DNA of 64,000 nucleotides from Myxococcota bacterium (GCA_039028615.1 JBCCHT010000055.1:1-64000), one strand, 5' to 3'. Positions 32,339 through 44,348 are shown, counted from the stretch's first letter. Notes: generated by a model from the letters alone, not told the origin. A program made the numbers and translations.

Positions 32339-33570
32339 CCGGCCCGGTCTGTGCCCCAGCGCAGCTGCACGCGCGCGCCTCCGCTCGGTCCGTTTTCGAG
32401 CACCAGCGTGCCGCCGTGCAGCTCGGCCACCATCGTGGCGACCACGAGCCCGAGGCCACTGCCCTCGGGATGGTCGCTGCGACCCAGTCCCGCGCGGGCC
32501 GCCTCGCTGAAGCCGGGCCCGGAGTCCTGCACCCATAGGCCCTGCGCGTCGGCGCCGATGCGAACGCCCGCCCCGCGCTCGGCCCCCGCGTGGCGCTCGG
32601 CGTTGTGCAACAGGTTCGCCACGACGACCGACAGCAGCGCCCCGTCGACGTGCGCGGTGACGTCCTCGCCCTCGTACTGCGCCTCGGGAAAGTCCTCGCA
32701 GGCGCGCTCGATGAGCAGATCGACGCGGACTCGCTCGAGCCGCAGGTCCTGCTCCCCCGAAGACAGCCTCGCGTACCACAACAGCGTGTCGACATGCCGT
32801 CCCGCGGTGCAGGTGACGGCCGCCACCCGACCGAGCGCCGCCATCGGATCTTCGTCGCCCGCTTGGCCCGACTCGGCGACCGCCCGCAACGTCGACAGCG
32901 GCGTGCGCAGCTCGTGCGCGGCGGCGGCGATGAACCGAGCGCGACTACGAAATAGGCGCTCGAGCGGCGCGACGCTCATCGAGCTGAGTCGCCGCGCCAT
33001 GAGGATGCCCAGTACGGCCAGGCCCATGAACACGCCGAGCAGCCCGCCGGAGAAGCTCCATTGCGCCCAGCGAAGCTCGTCCAGATCGCGAGAGACCACC
33101 GCCAGTCCCCGGATGTCGAGGCTCTCGTCGGCAAAGATCGGCAGCACGTGGACCCGGTTGCCCGCCACGTCACCGAGCCAGCGCTCGGACTCGCCGGTCG
33201 CGACCTCTTCGAGCGCGGGCTGGAGCTCGCCGCGTAGCTTCGGGTCGAGCGGCTCGCCCCACAGCTGCGGATGCTCCTCGCTCGCCGCGAGCACGCGCAT
33301 GGGAAACTCGGGGTCTTCGGCCCAGGGCTCGCGCTCGAGCAGCTCGGCGTGAATGGCCCCCGACTCGTCGATCCACGACAGCCCGTAGATCACGGTGGCG
33401 CGGAGCTGGAGCTCGGTGTCGAGCTGCTCGAGTCGTCGCTCGCTGCCCTCGAGCAGAGCCACCGCCAGCAGGATGCCCAGCCCCGCAAACCACGACAGCG
33501 CGTACCAGCCCGCGATCTGGCGGCGGAGCCGAGGCAGGTGCGCCGAGCCGAGCTCGGGACGCTCACCCAC
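32335..33570 (-). CDS. Sensor histidine kinase
   Basis: Two TMs, AHELRTPL H-box, NLLHNA N-box, DSGPG and GSGLGL G-boxes. Confidence 0.93.
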   Translation of the reverse strand: MGERPELGSAHLPRLRRQIAGWYALSWFAGLGILLAVALLEGSERRLEQLDTELQLRATVIYGLSWIDESGAIHAELLEREPWAEDPEFPMRVLAASEEHPQLWGEPLDPKLRGELQPALEEVATGESERWLGDVAGNRVHVLPIFADESLDIRGLAVVSRDLDELRWAQWSFSGGLLGVFMGLAVLGILMARRLSSMSVAPLERLFRSRARFIAAAAHELRTPLSTLRAVAESGQAGDEDPMAALGRVAAVTCTAGRHVDTLLWYARLSSGEQDLRLERVRVDLLIERACEDFPEAQYEGEDVTAHVDGALLSVVVANLLHNAERHAGAERGAGVRIGADAQGLWVQDSGPGFSEAARAGLGRSDHPEGSGLGLVVATMVAELHGGTLVLENGPSGGARVQLRWGTDRAG

Positions 33571-34228
33571 GCGACGACTCCACGATGTAGCCGAGCCCTC
33601 GGCGGGTATGGATGAGCGGCGGTCGACCGAGCTTGCGACGCAGGCTGGCGACCGTGGCCTCTTCGACGTTCGACTTCGCGTCGAGGTCCCCCCAGCAGTG
33701 CTGCCTCAGCTCGGCCCGCGACACGACTCGCCCCTGGCGGCGGACGAGCAGCTCGAGCACCGCATACTCCTTGACCCGCAGCGGGAGCAGCACGCCGTCG
33801 CGCCGGACCTCGCGTCGCGCCAGATCGACCTGGAGATCGTCGACCTGAAGCTCGAGCATGGGACGGGTGGCACCCCGGCGACCGAGCGCAGCGATGCGCG
33901 CGAGCAGCTCGGCCATGGCGAAAGGCTTGCCCAGGTAGTCGTCGGCCCCGTGTGCGAGGCCCTCGACTCGGTCGTGGACCTCGCTGCGAGCAGTGAGCAC
34001 CAGCACCGGGACGCCGAAGCCCCCGGCCCGCCACGTGGCCAGGGACTGCAGGGCATCGCCGTCGGGCAAGCCACGGTCGAGCACCACCACGTCGAGCTCG
34101 GCCTCGTGAGTCCATGCCTCGGCCTCGGCCAGGGTGCCCGCGATCTCGCACACATCGCCCTGCGCCGTGCAACGACGCGCAATCGCCTCGGCCATCTCGG
34201 CCTCGTCTTCGACGATCAGGATGCGCAC
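33563..34228 (-). CDS. OmpR-family response regulator
   Basis: ILIVEDE, LDRGLP, LTAR, GADDYLGKPF, winged-helix TRRGLGY. Confidence 0.95.
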   Translation of the reverse strand: MRILIVEDEAEMAEAIARRCTAQGDVCEIAGTLAEAEAWTHEAELDVVVLDRGLPDGDALQSLATWRAGGFGVPVLVLTARSEVHDRVEGLAHGADDYLGKPFAMAELLARIAALGRRGATRPMLELQVDDLQVDLARREVRRDGVLLPLRVKEYAVLELLVRRQGRVVSRAELRQHCWGDLDAKSNVEEATVASLRRKLGRPPLIHTRRGLGYIVESSRG

Positions 34229-34240
34229 GGCCCCATCATC

Positions 34241-35407
34241 CTACAGGGGCTGATCGTTGGTCACGCAGTGAATGCCGCCACCGTCCACCCACAGGTCGCG
34301 AACGTCGACCATGTAGATGGTGCGCTCGGGGAACCACTGCTGGAGCTGGGCTTGCGCCGCCGCATCGGCCTGCGCGTTCCCGAAGGCCCCCGAGATCACG
34401 TAGCCGTTGCCCACCAGCCAGTTCATGTAGTCGGTGTCCGCGGGGAAGGGCATGCGGATGATGGTGAGGTCGGGTCGCTGCGCGGCGATCTGCCCCGCGA
34501 CGTTCTCGAAGAGGTCGGCAAAGACCGGGTCGAAGTCGGGGTTGCTGATCTGCCCCACCACCACCTCGTCCTCGGAGATGAAGCGCGCGAGCCCGTCGAC
34601 GTGACCCGTGGTGCCGTCCTCGGGGTGGAAGCCCTCGAGGTAGATCACCGAGCTGACGCCGAACGCCGACTCGAAGATGGCGGTGGCCTGGGCCTCGCTG
34701 AGGTCGGGGTTGCGATCGGTGACCACCGACCAGTTCACCATCACCGTGTCCAGGCCGTTGAACTCGAGGTCGCCGCGCTCGTGCACCATGTCGACGGTCT
34801 CGACCGGCAGCCCGAGGTAGTCCGCGATCACGGGCGGCACTCGGTTGTCGTCCTCGTAGGGGATGTCGGCCCCGAAGTTGCCGCCCCAGCCGTCGAAGCC
34901 CCAGTCCTGCACCACCATCTGGTCGTCGACCATCACGTAGCGGGGCCCGTTGTCCCGCATCCACGCGTTGTCGGTGGGGATGATGTGCCAGGTGATGCCG
35001 TCGCTCGACACCCCCGCGTCCGCCAGCATGTTCGTGGCGCGGTCTCGCATCGAGCCGTTCGCCGCGACGAGGTGGACCGGCTGGTGCTGGCGGGCGATGG
35101 CGATGACCTCGACGAAGGTCTCCTCGAAGTGTCGCTCCCACTCGCCGGGCCACTGCATCCACAGCGCCGCCTGGGGTTCCCACTCCGCGGGCACGCGTCG
35201 GGTCGCGGTGGGGTCCAGCCCCGAGTCTCCGCCCACGCCGCTGGTCGAGTCGTCGGCGCCCGCCGATGACCCCTCACCGCCCGAGCCTTCGCCCGAGCCC
35301 TCGCCCGGGGCGGCCGTGGCTCCATCCAGCGAAGAGCCGGTCGACGCCGGAGCCGCACACGCGAGCACGGGGAGCAGCAGAGCCGACGAAATCCAAGGTT
35401 GCTTCAT
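34241..35407 (-). CDS. Agmatine/peptidylarginine deiminase-family lipoprotein
   Basis: PVLAC lipobox, S/G linker, PAEWEPQ, WMRDNGP, GHVDG, GGGIHCVT. Confidence 0.88.
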   Translation of the reverse strand: MKQPWISSALLLPVLACAAPASTGSSLDGATAAPGEGSGEGSGGEGSSAGADDSTSGVGGDSGLDPTATRRVPAEWEPQAALWMQWPGEWERHFEETFVEVIAIARQHQPVHLVAANGSMRDRATNMLADAGVSSDGITWHIIPTDNAWMRDNGPRYVMVDDQMVVQDWGFDGWGGNFGADIPYEDDNRVPPVIADYLGLPVETVDMVHERGDLEFNGLDTVMVNWSVVTDRNPDLSEAQATAIFESAFGVSSVIYLEGFHPEDGTTGHVDGLARFISEDEVVVGQISNPDFDPVFADLFENVAGQIAAQRPDLTIIRMPFPADTDYMNWLVGNGYVISGAFGNAQADAAAQAQLQQWFPERTIYMVDVRDLWVDGGGIHCVTNDQPL

Positions 35408-35515
35408 GGATTTGGGTATGCGCAGGCAACCTGAAATCCGACTGAAATTGCGCAGAAGCGACGTTGGCGGCCGATCCGAGCCTGCCGCCCCTAGCGCACG
35501 AGTACACTTCCGCGG

Positions 35516-36721
35516 ATGACCTACACCCACTACGGCTGGCCCTCGTCTCCGTACTCCGCCAAGTCCCGGGCCGCGCTGCGAGCCTCGGGATTGCCGTGGA
35601 CGGAAGCGCAGCCCCATGCCCTGAGCCTCGCATGGTTGCAGGCACACGTGGGGCGCAAGGTCATCCCGGTCATGCGCACGCCGAGCGGGCAGTTCGTTCA
35701 GGACAGCTCGCGCATCGTCGATACGCTCACCGAGGCCAGCGGTCGGCCCCTCGTGCCGGAGCCGGGCCTCGCCCGCGTGCTCGCCTCTTGGGTCGAGGTC
35801 TTTGCCGACGAGTGGATGATCTACCCCGCGATGTATTTTCGCTGGCGCTACCACGGCGGCGACTTCGACTACATGGTTCGCGACTTCGGCCGCTGTGCCC
35901 TGCCCGGCCTCCCCGGCGTGGTCCAGCGCCGCGGCGGTCTCGAGGTCGCCAAGGCCATGAGCCGCTACCTGCCCATCATGGGCATCGACAAGCACACCGG
36001 GCCCGCCATCGAGACCCTGACCCTGGAGCTGCTCGATCGACTCGAGGCCCGTCTCGACGAGAGTGCCTACGTCTTCGGCGAGACGCCCTGCGTGGCCGAC
36101 TTTGCCCTCTACGGCCCCTTGGGCGCGCATGTCGGCCGAGACCCGTGGTCGGCCGGGGTCATCGATGCGCGACCGTCCGTGCGCCGATGGCTCGAGGCCC
36201 TCGACGAAGGACGCGACGAGGCGGCGCCGCTTTCGGTGGACGAGGCGCTGCCGCCCGCGCTGGCGTCTTTGCTGCGACTGATGTTCGAGATTGCCGCGCC
36301 CGCGTGGGTGCAGGCGCACGGGTTCGCCACCGAGCAATGGGAGGGCCCCGGCTCGAGCATGCATCGACGCGTCGGGACCTTCGACGCGCAGCTGCCCGCC
36401 GCCGATGGCATCACGCACTCGATGAAGCTCACCGCGGTCACCGTATGGAAGATGCATCGGCCCCTGCGCGCGCGACTGGAGCTTCCCGAGGCACAGGCTC
36501 GCGCGGCGGGTGAAGTCCTCGAGTCGTTGGGGGCGAGCGGGCTGCTCGATCTGCCGTTGCTCGACGGGTTCGATCTCGACTCGATCGCGTGGCGCAAGGA
36601 TCAGACCTCGTTCGGCCCGCTGGGCAAGCTGCTCGACAGCCTCACGCCTGCGTTGAAGCGCGCGCCCGCGTGGCGTCCGTTACATCCGCTACGCCGCGGA
36701 CCGGTGCGTGCGCTCGGCTGA
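35516..36721 (+). CDS. Glutathione S-transferase-like protein
   Basis: SPYSAKSR, IPVM, QDSS.I, FADEW, ADFALYG. Confidence 0.8.
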   Translation: MTYTHYGWPSSPYSAKSRAALRASGLPWTEAQPHALSLAWLQAHVGRKVIPVMRTPSGQFVQDSSRIVDTLTEASGRPLVPEPGLARVLASWVEVFADEWMIYPAMYFRWRYHGGDFDYMVRDFGRCALPGLPGVVQRRGGLEVAKAMSRYLPIMGIDKHTGPAIETLTLELLDRLEARLDESAYVFGETPCVADFALYGPLGAHVGRDPWSAGVIDARPSVRRWLEALDEGRDEAAPLSVDEALPPALASLLRLMFEIAAPAWVQAHGFATEQWEGPGSSMHRRVGTFDAQLPAADGITHSMKLTAVTVWKMHRPLRARLELPEAQARAAGEVLESLGASGLLDLPLLDGFDLDSIAWRKDQTSFGPLGKLLDSLTPALKRAPAWRPLHPLRRGPVRALG

Positions 36722-36803
36722 GCCCGCGTCGGCGATGCTCCGGGCCGGAGTTCATCCCCGGGGTTTTGCCGCGTGGCAACAGCGGGCCTATGCTCCGCCG
36801 CTC

Positions 36804-37736
36804 ATGCCCTCGTCCTACTGGCTTACGAAGACGCTCGTTCCCCTCGGCATCCTCATCGCGGCATGTGGACCGAGCCTGGGCGAGAGCGAGGCAGATACGA
36901 ACGGCGCGACCACGGACCTCGCGACCACCACCGACGCGAGCGCGAGCGGGGCCGCGTCCGAAGGCGCAGGTACGACTACCGGGGGAGCCTCCGTGCCCAG
37001 CACGTCGTCGGGCGCCGACGAAACGGGCAACGGCTCGTCGAGCGGTTCCGATGACGGCCCGCCGCCCGAAGGCGACTGCGACACGTTCCTCCAGGATTGC
37101 CCCGAAGGCCGCAAGTGCATGCCCTGGGCCGACGATGGCCAGGGGGTCTACAACGCCCTTCGTTGCTCGATCTTGCCCGAGATTCAGCGCCAAGAGGGAG
37201 AGCCCTGCACCGTCGAAGGCCCGCGAACGTCGGGCGTGGACGACTGCGGCATCGGCCTGATGTGCTTCGAGGTCGAAGAGGGCTCCAACGACGGGGTGTG
37301 CCGCCGGTTTTGCGATCTCGAAGAGCCCAACGCCCCCTGCCCCAACCCGGAGACGAGCTGCGCCGCGTGGAACGACGGCCTGTTCGGCCTGTGCTCCTCG
37401 GTCTGCAATCCCTTCGATGATGCTTGCCCGAGCGGCACGTACTGTTACGGAACACCGGAGTTCGACTGCAGCTACGGGTCCTGCGGCTATCTCACTGGGG
37501 CCGGTCAGCAAGCCGCACCATGCGTACTGTCGACCGATTGCGACGAGGGGTTCCAGTGCACCGAAGGCTCGAGCGTCCCCGATTGCGACTTCGAGCAGTG
37601 CTGCACCTTGCTGTGCTCAGCCGCGGAGCCCGATTCATGCGCCACGCTCGAAGGGACCGAATGCCGCCCCTTCACCAAGCGGGGCGGGTGCTTCGACCAG
37701 GACATCGCCGGAGCCTGCGTCCTTCCCGGCGCGTAG
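36804..37736 (+). CDS. Cys-rich lipoprotein (myxobacterial CD...QDCPEG.KC type)
   Basis: IAAC lipobox, T/S/G linker, more than 20 Cys in repeated modules. Confidence 0.8.
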   Translation: MPSSYWLTKTLVPLGILIAACGPSLGESEADTNGATTDLATTTDASASGAASEGAGTTTGGASVPSTSSGADETGNGSSSGSDDGPPPEGDCDTFLQDCPEGRKCMPWADDGQGVYNALRCSILPEIQRQEGEPCTVEGPRTSGVDDCGIGLMCFEVEEGSNDGVCRRFCDLEEPNAPCPNPETSCAAWNDGLFGLCSSVCNPFDDACPSGTYCYGTPEFDCSYGSCGYLTGAGQQAAPCVLSTDCDEGFQCTEGSSVPDCDFEQCCTLLCSAAEPDSCATLEGTECRPFTKRGGCFDQDIAGACVLPGA

Positions 37737-38782
37737 GTCGAAAACGCCAGCTGGAGCTGCACCAGTGTCCGATGACTCGACACACCCGCCCGGTGCACGT
37801 CGATGTCGGTCGCGTGCGCCAGCTGTAGCTTTGCGTGCCCCCGTGCCAGGAACACGCTGAGCCCAGCCTCCAGCGGGATGTTCGGGCCCCCGTTGGCCGA
37901 GAACGCCCCCGACCGGACCGCGAGGCTCAGCCGTCGCTCGATGACCATCGCGCAGAGCTGCCCGTAGGCTCCCCACTCCAACGGGCGGGCGCCCACCTCG
38001 AGAGTGCGGATGAACCCCTCGGCGTTCGCCGCCAGGGGCCCTCCAGACACGGTGAGATCGAACGAAGCGCCCGTCTGCCGATTTCGTGTGCCGCCGGTCG
38101 ACCCCATAGAGTCGAGTTCGGACCGTCGCTCGACCGTGTACGCGCTCGCCCCCACGGCCCAGCGCAGGTCCGTCGGCCCCCGCACGTAGGGTTCCTGGGT
38201 GTAGGCCACCGCGCCGAGCGGCGCGACCACGATGCGTGCGGTGTAGAGCGGACCGCCGTCGACCCGCAGCGAGCCCGCGCCCCCGCCGTTCATGACGCCC
38301 GCGTAGTACTCCAAGCGCCCGTCTGCCGGGCGACCGAACACCGTGATTCCGACATCCCGGTCGACGCGAAACCGATCGACGACTGCGCCGCGGCCGGGGA
38401 GCGGCAGCACGTTGAGTCCCGTTCGGAAGCCGCGGCTGAGCCACGGCCGAAACTGACCGAGCTGGATGGCCAGCGCATCGTGGACGCGGACGGTGGCGGT
38501 CGCATCGAGCAGCCTCGGCTCGCCCGCCAGCTCCGGCATGACCCGCGCCGTGACCCGCCCCCGCAGAAGCTCCAGACCGACGATGGGCCGGGCGAGACGA
38601 AGACCGAAGCCGTGTCCGACTCCGTGGGCGTCGGCTCGGGTCTCGTAGCGCAGCTGACCGAGAAACCCGAACGAGACCTGGACCGCCGCCTCCTCACCAG
38701 CATCCGAGGCCGGTACCTCGGGAACGACCGGTGGCTCCGCGATGCCGAGCCCCACGCCGACCAGTAGCGCCAACAACCCCAT
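37505..38782 (-). CDS. Porin (OprO/OprP-like); natural end probably about 37738
   Basis: Signal peptide, QLRY, R.ARP, LLDA, LGQF, RDVG, beta-strand pattern ending VQLQLAF; the frame reads through into the convergent gene. Confidence 0.75.
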   Translation of the reverse strand: MGLLALLVGVGLGIAEPPVVPEVPASDAGEEAAVQVSFGFLGQLRYETRADAHGVGHGFGLRLARPIVGLELLRGRVTARVMPELAGEPRLLDATATVRVHDALAIQLGQFRPWLSRGFRTGLNVLPLPGRGAVVDRFRVDRDVGITVFGRPADGRLEYYAGVMNGGGAGSLRVDGGPLYTARIVVAPLGAVAYTQEPYVRGPTDLRWAVGASAYTVERRSELDSMGSTGGTRNRQTGASFDLTVSGGPLAANAEGFIRTLEVGARPLEWGAYGQLCAMVIERRLSLAVRSGAFSANGGPNIPLEAGLSVFLARGHAKLQLAHATDIDVHRAGVSSHRTLVQLQLAFSTYAPGRTQAPAMSWSKHPPRLVKGRHSVPSSVAHESGSAAEHSKVQHCSKSQSGTLEPSVHWNPSSQSVDSTHGAAC

Positions 38783-38795
38783 CGGTCCGTCCCCC

Positions 38796-40459
<1,664 letters not shown>

Positions 40460-40463
<4 letters not shown>

Positions 40464-40885
40464 CGTGCGTCTCCGTGGTGTTGGCCCCACGAGAACACCG
40501 CCATGCCGAACACCATCGCGACGGTGAACACCAGGGCGCTGCGGCCCAGGCCCGCTGCGCTCACCAGCGCGGGCCCGGGACAGAACCCGCCGAGCCCCCA
40601 GCCGGCACCGAAGAGCAACGCGCCCACGACGAGCCGAGCATCGATGTCACGCCGCGTGGGCAGGTGGAACCGCGGGCCGAGGTGCGGCGCACTCCTGCGC
40701 GTGACGAGCCGATACGCGGGGGCGTAGACCGCGATTGCGCCGGCCATGACGAAGGCCAGCGAGGGGTCCCAGTCTCCGGTGACGTCCAGAAAAGAGAGGA
40801 CCTTGGCCGGGTTGGTCATGCCGGCGAGGCCGAGCCCGAGGCCGAAGACGACCCCGCATAAAAGAGCAGTGCTCGTTGGTTTCAT
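40460..40885 (-). CDS. YeeE/YedE-family sulfur transport membrane protein
   Basis: [30 protein letters not shown]. Confidence 0.9.
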
Positions 40886-40892
40886 GGTCGAG

Positions 40893-41324
40893 TCATCCCG
40901 CGAGGTGTCGGGTCCAGTAGACGGTGGCGGCCGCCGTACTCATGAAGATGGCGGTGGCGACGAGCGAGCGAACAGAGAGCCGGGAGAGGCCGCAGACTCC
41001 GTGTCCGCTGGTGCAGCCGCTGCCGATGCGCGTGCCGAGCCCCACCGTGAGGCCAGCGAGGGCGAGCCACGGCCACGAGCGCGGGGACCCTCCACCGAAC
41101 ACGTCGGGCGTAGCGACCGAGAGGATGAGTCCGGCGATCATCAGCCCCCCGACGAATGCGATCCGCCAGGAGCGGTCGTCCCGAGCCCCCGGGGTCATCA
41201 GCCCGCCGACGATTCCGCTGATGCCGGCGATGCGGCCATTGAACGAGAGCATGGCCACCGACGCGAGGCCGATCACGACGCCCCCGAGCGTCGAAGACAG
41301 AGGAGTGAATTCAGTCATGGTCAT
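40893..41324 (-). CDS. YeeE/YedE-family sulfur transport membrane protein
   Basis: [26 protein letters not shown]. Confidence 0.9.
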   Translation of the reverse strand: MTMTEFTPLSSTLGGVVIGLASVAMLSFNGRIAGISGIVGGLMTPGARDDRSWRIAFVGGLMIAGLILSVATPDVFGGGSPRSWPWLALAGLTVGLGTRIGSGCTSGHGVCGLSRLSVRSLVATAIFMSTAAATVYWTRHLAG

Positions 41325-41565
41325 CGTGGTCCGGCCACATCGAAGTCAGAGCCGGAAGAGCGCAGGTGAAAGTGCGGAAGGTCGGGCGCACGAAAGGCTC
41401 ACCGCGGCCACAATGGCCGCAGGAATGGCTCGCATGGACATTTGCCGCCCTGAAAAGCAAGCCACGTGCCAGCGCCAATCGGCCCTCGTAGGCGTCAGGA
41501 CGCTCCGAACCCGCCCTCGTGTTTCACGAGGGTCGCAACGCGTTTCACCTGCGGTGGACGTGCCC

Positions 41566-42051
41566 TCAGGTCAGGACTTGCGGGGCCACCAGCACCCCGT
41601 CCGCGTCGGCGTAGACCCAGTGTCCGGGCTCGAAACGAGCGCCGCCGAACTCGACCGCGATCCCCTTTTGCCCTTCGCCACGCTTTTGTGTCTTGCACGG
41701 CGTCGTGCCCAGGCAGTGAATCCCGAAATCCATGCCGTCGATCACCGCGCGGTCGCGAATGCACCCGTACACCAGCGCCCCCGCCCAGCCGTTGTCGATG
41801 GCCAGCTGCACGAGCCGATCCCCGATGAGCGCCCGCCGCATCGAGCCGCCGCCGTCGATGACCAACACGCGACCCTCTCCCCGCTGACCGAAGGCCTCTC
41901 GCACCAGAGAGTTGTCTTCGTAGACCTTCACCGTGAACGCCGGGCCATGGAACGACGCGCGCTGGCCGACATGCACCCACTGGATCTGGGGCGACTGCAC
42001 GGTGGCAGCGTGGTCGTCGTAGAGGTCGGCCGTCGCGAAGTCGTTGGTCAT
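41566..42051 (-). CDS. rraA: RraA-like / HMG aldolase-family protein
   Basis: TADLYD, EDNSLV, VLVIDGGGS, GWAG, G.IRD, YADADGV. Confidence 0.9.
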   Translation of the reverse strand: MTNDFATADLYDDHAATVQSPQIQWVHVGQRASFHGPAFTVKVYEDNSLVREAFGQRGEGRVLVIDGGGSMRRALIGDRLVQLAIDNGWAGALVYGCIRDRAVIDGMDFGIHCLGTTPCKTQKRGEGQKGIAVEFGGARFEPGHWVYADADGVLVAPQVLT

Positions 42052-42083
42052 GGGCGGCGCCATGATAGACGACGCCCCGTCCC

Positions 42084-44348
42084 TCACACGAGCTGCCAGA
42101 CATCGGCCGTGCGGTGGGCGACGCCGAAGAGGCTCTCGCCGCAGGCGACCAGCTGGTCCATCGGCCCGCCCACGGGCAGCGAAGCAGAGCCCGCCCCCCG
42201 CACCACGCGGTCCCGCCCCGGCAGCAGCCGGTACAGGTGCTCGCGGGTCACCACCACCTCGGCCGCGGCCTCGGTCGCCCGCGTCCACTCGTCGGGCTGT
42301 CGCTCCCAACGCCAGACCTCGCCCGTGCCCGGCCTGGTGGCAAACAACCCGCGCGGGCCCGCGTGTAGAGCCGTCGCCGGGCCCCCGATGGCCTCCCACT
42401 CGTCGCCTTCGACGTGCTGCTCCACCCGCTCCCGCGACGAGGACACGCGGAACAACTCGACATCGGTCACGGCGAAGTCCGCCCCGGGCCCCGCGATGCG
42501 CTCCCAGGCCCCGGTGTCGTCGTGCAGGCGCAGCAGCTCTCCCGTGCCCGCCGATTCCATGAACACCCCGAGCCCGCCCGCATGAAGCCGCCGCGCGGGA
42601 CCACCGAGCTCCGTCCAGTGCTCACCATCGAAGCGAAGCACCCGGCCGTCTCGTTCGCTCAGCCCGAACAACGCATCGGCCGTGCTCACAAAGCCATGGC
42701 CGCCGTCCCCCACCCGCGTCCACCGATGAGGCTGGCCTTCCCAGCGCCACAGATCCCGGCCCCCACTTCGGGTGGCGAACAAGCCGAAGGGGCCCCCGTA
42801 GATCTCGCGCACCGGTCCGCCGATCTGCACTCGCGAGCTACGGAACGCCAAGGGCCCGAGTCGGACCTCGGCCCCGCTCCCGCGCAGGTGCATCAGCACG
42901 TGGTGGTCGAGGCGACAGCGGCCCACGTGGGCGCCGATCCAGGCGCTGCCCGGCCACGCCACGCCCGTCAGCGTTCCACCTTCGATTCGTGCGTTGTGCC
43001 AGGTCGTCCCCCGCAGGTCGGCGAAGCTGAAGTCGACGTCGATCAGCGTCGCGTTGTTGAAGCTGGCGTCACGCAGGTCGGCGCCCACGAAGCGGCCGCC
43101 CCGAATGGTGGCCCGCGAAAAGTCGGCCCCGCGTAGGCAGGCGCCCCCCTCGAACCCCACCTCGGTCAGGTGAGCATCGGCAAAGCTCACCGCGGGCGCG
43201 TCGACGTCGGTGAACTCGGTGTCTTCGATGCGAGCCCCCCGGAAGCGAGCCCGGCACAGGCGGCTGCGGCGAAAGTCACAGCCGCCGAAGCTCGCCTCGC
43301 GGAAGCTGGCGTCGTCGAGCACGGCCTCGAGGAACTCGTCACCGACGAAGCGCGCCGCATTGGCGATGAGCCCTTCGCCCGCGTCGATCCGGCGAAAGCG
43401 GGCGCCACCACATCGCGCGCCGCGGAGGTTCGCCCCCGACATCTTCGAACGATCGAAGGTGCTCTCGCCCAGGTCGGCCCCGCTGAAGACCGCATCACGC
43501 AGGTCGCAATCTCGCAGGTCGCAGCGGGTCAGGGTCGCGCCCTCGAACAGCGCCCCTCGAGCGTCCACGCTCTGCAGGTCACGCCCCCCGAGCCCCGCGT
43601 GCTCGCGCAGGTCGGCGCCCACCAGACACAGGTTCTGCAAGTCGACCCCCGGCGGCTCCCACTGTCGAAGATCACGGTGCGAGAGGTCTTCGACGGGTCC
43701 GCCCGGGGGCCGCAGCGTGGGGACCACGGGCGTGTACCCGCGATCGAGAAACCACGCGTCGTACTCGGCTCGGCTCTGCACCGTCTCGACCCCGTGAACC
43801 CAGCCTCCGCCCTCGTTCTTCCACCGCAGGGTCACCCACGCGCCGGGATGATTGGGGTCGTAGAGGATGAGGGTGGCCGGCCCTTCGTAGCCGATGGCGA
43901 GCACCTGGTGACCGCAGCCGCGCTGTCGGTCCAATAGCCCCAGAGGCACGGGACGATCGGCATCGAGGGCACTGACCAGCTCGGCAAACGCTTGGCCGTG
44001 CGGATGGCAGGCCGCCGCCAGCTGCTCGGCGACACCGCCGACCCGGGCCGCCATGACCAGCTCCGCCGCGACCCCGGCCGACGCGTCGTGCTGACGCCGT
44101 GCGAGCAGCGCGGCCAGGACATCCCCCGGTGGCGGGCACTCGGCCTCGGCGGGGAACCCCTCGCCGTCCACGTGCCACCAATCGAGCGCCGCGTAGACCA
44201 TCCCGCCCGCGCGCCCGTCGATGGTCACCGTCCAGGGCTCGGGCTGCGCCCCGGAGACCCGTGTGTCGTCGAACGCGTTGGCGAAACGAAACCCGTGCTG
44301 CGAGGGCACGAAGCCCACGCTCTTGGTCACGGATTCCGACTCGCTCAT
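42084..44348 (-). CDS. Multidomain protein: papain-like N-domain, pentapeptide repeats, tectonin-like propeller
   Basis: HGFRFAN...GGM...HQVLAIGY...YDPN; long A(D/N)(L/F)xx pentapeptide tract; W..(I/V/L)GGP repeats. Confidence 0.8.
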   Translation of the reverse strand: MSESESVTKSVGFVPSQHGFRFANAFDDTRVSGAQPEPWTVTIDGRAGGMVYAALDWWHVDGEGFPAEAECPPPGDVLAALLARRQHDASAGVAAELVMAARVGGVAEQLAAACHPHGQAFAELVSALDADRPVPLGLLDRQRGCGHQVLAIGYEGPATLILYDPNHPGAWVTLRWKNEGGGWVHGVETVQSRAEYDAWFLDRGYTPVVPTLRPPGGPVEDLSHRDLRQWEPPGVDLQNLCLVGADLREHAGLGGRDLQSVDARGALFEGATLTRCDLRDCDLRDAVFSGADLGESTFDRSKMSGANLRGARCGGARFRRIDAGEGLIANAARFVGDEFLEAVLDDASFREASFGGCDFRRSRLCRARFRGARIEDTEFTDVDAPAVSFADAHLTEVGFEGGACLRGADFSRATIRGGRFVGADLRDASFNNATLIDVDFSFADLRGTTWHNARIEGGTLTGVAWPGSAWIGAHVGRCRLDHHVLMHLRGSGAEVRLGPLAFRSSRVQIGGPVREIYGGPFGLFATRSGGRDLWRWEGQPHRWTRVGDGGHGFVSTADALFGLSERDGRVLRFDGEHWTELGGPARRLHAGGLGVFMESAGTGELLRLHDDTGAWERIAGPGADFAVTDVELFRVSSSRERVEQHVEGDEWEAIGGPATALHAGPRGLFATRPGTGEVWRWERQPDEWTRATEAAAEVVVTREHLYRLLPGRDRVVRGAGSASLPVGGPMDQLVACGESLFGVAHRTADVWQLV

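Noticed and set aside
35408..36457. N-terminal extension of the 738-aa deiminase ORF
   Set aside because: Antisense to the GST-like gene; the lipoprotein signal places the start at 35407
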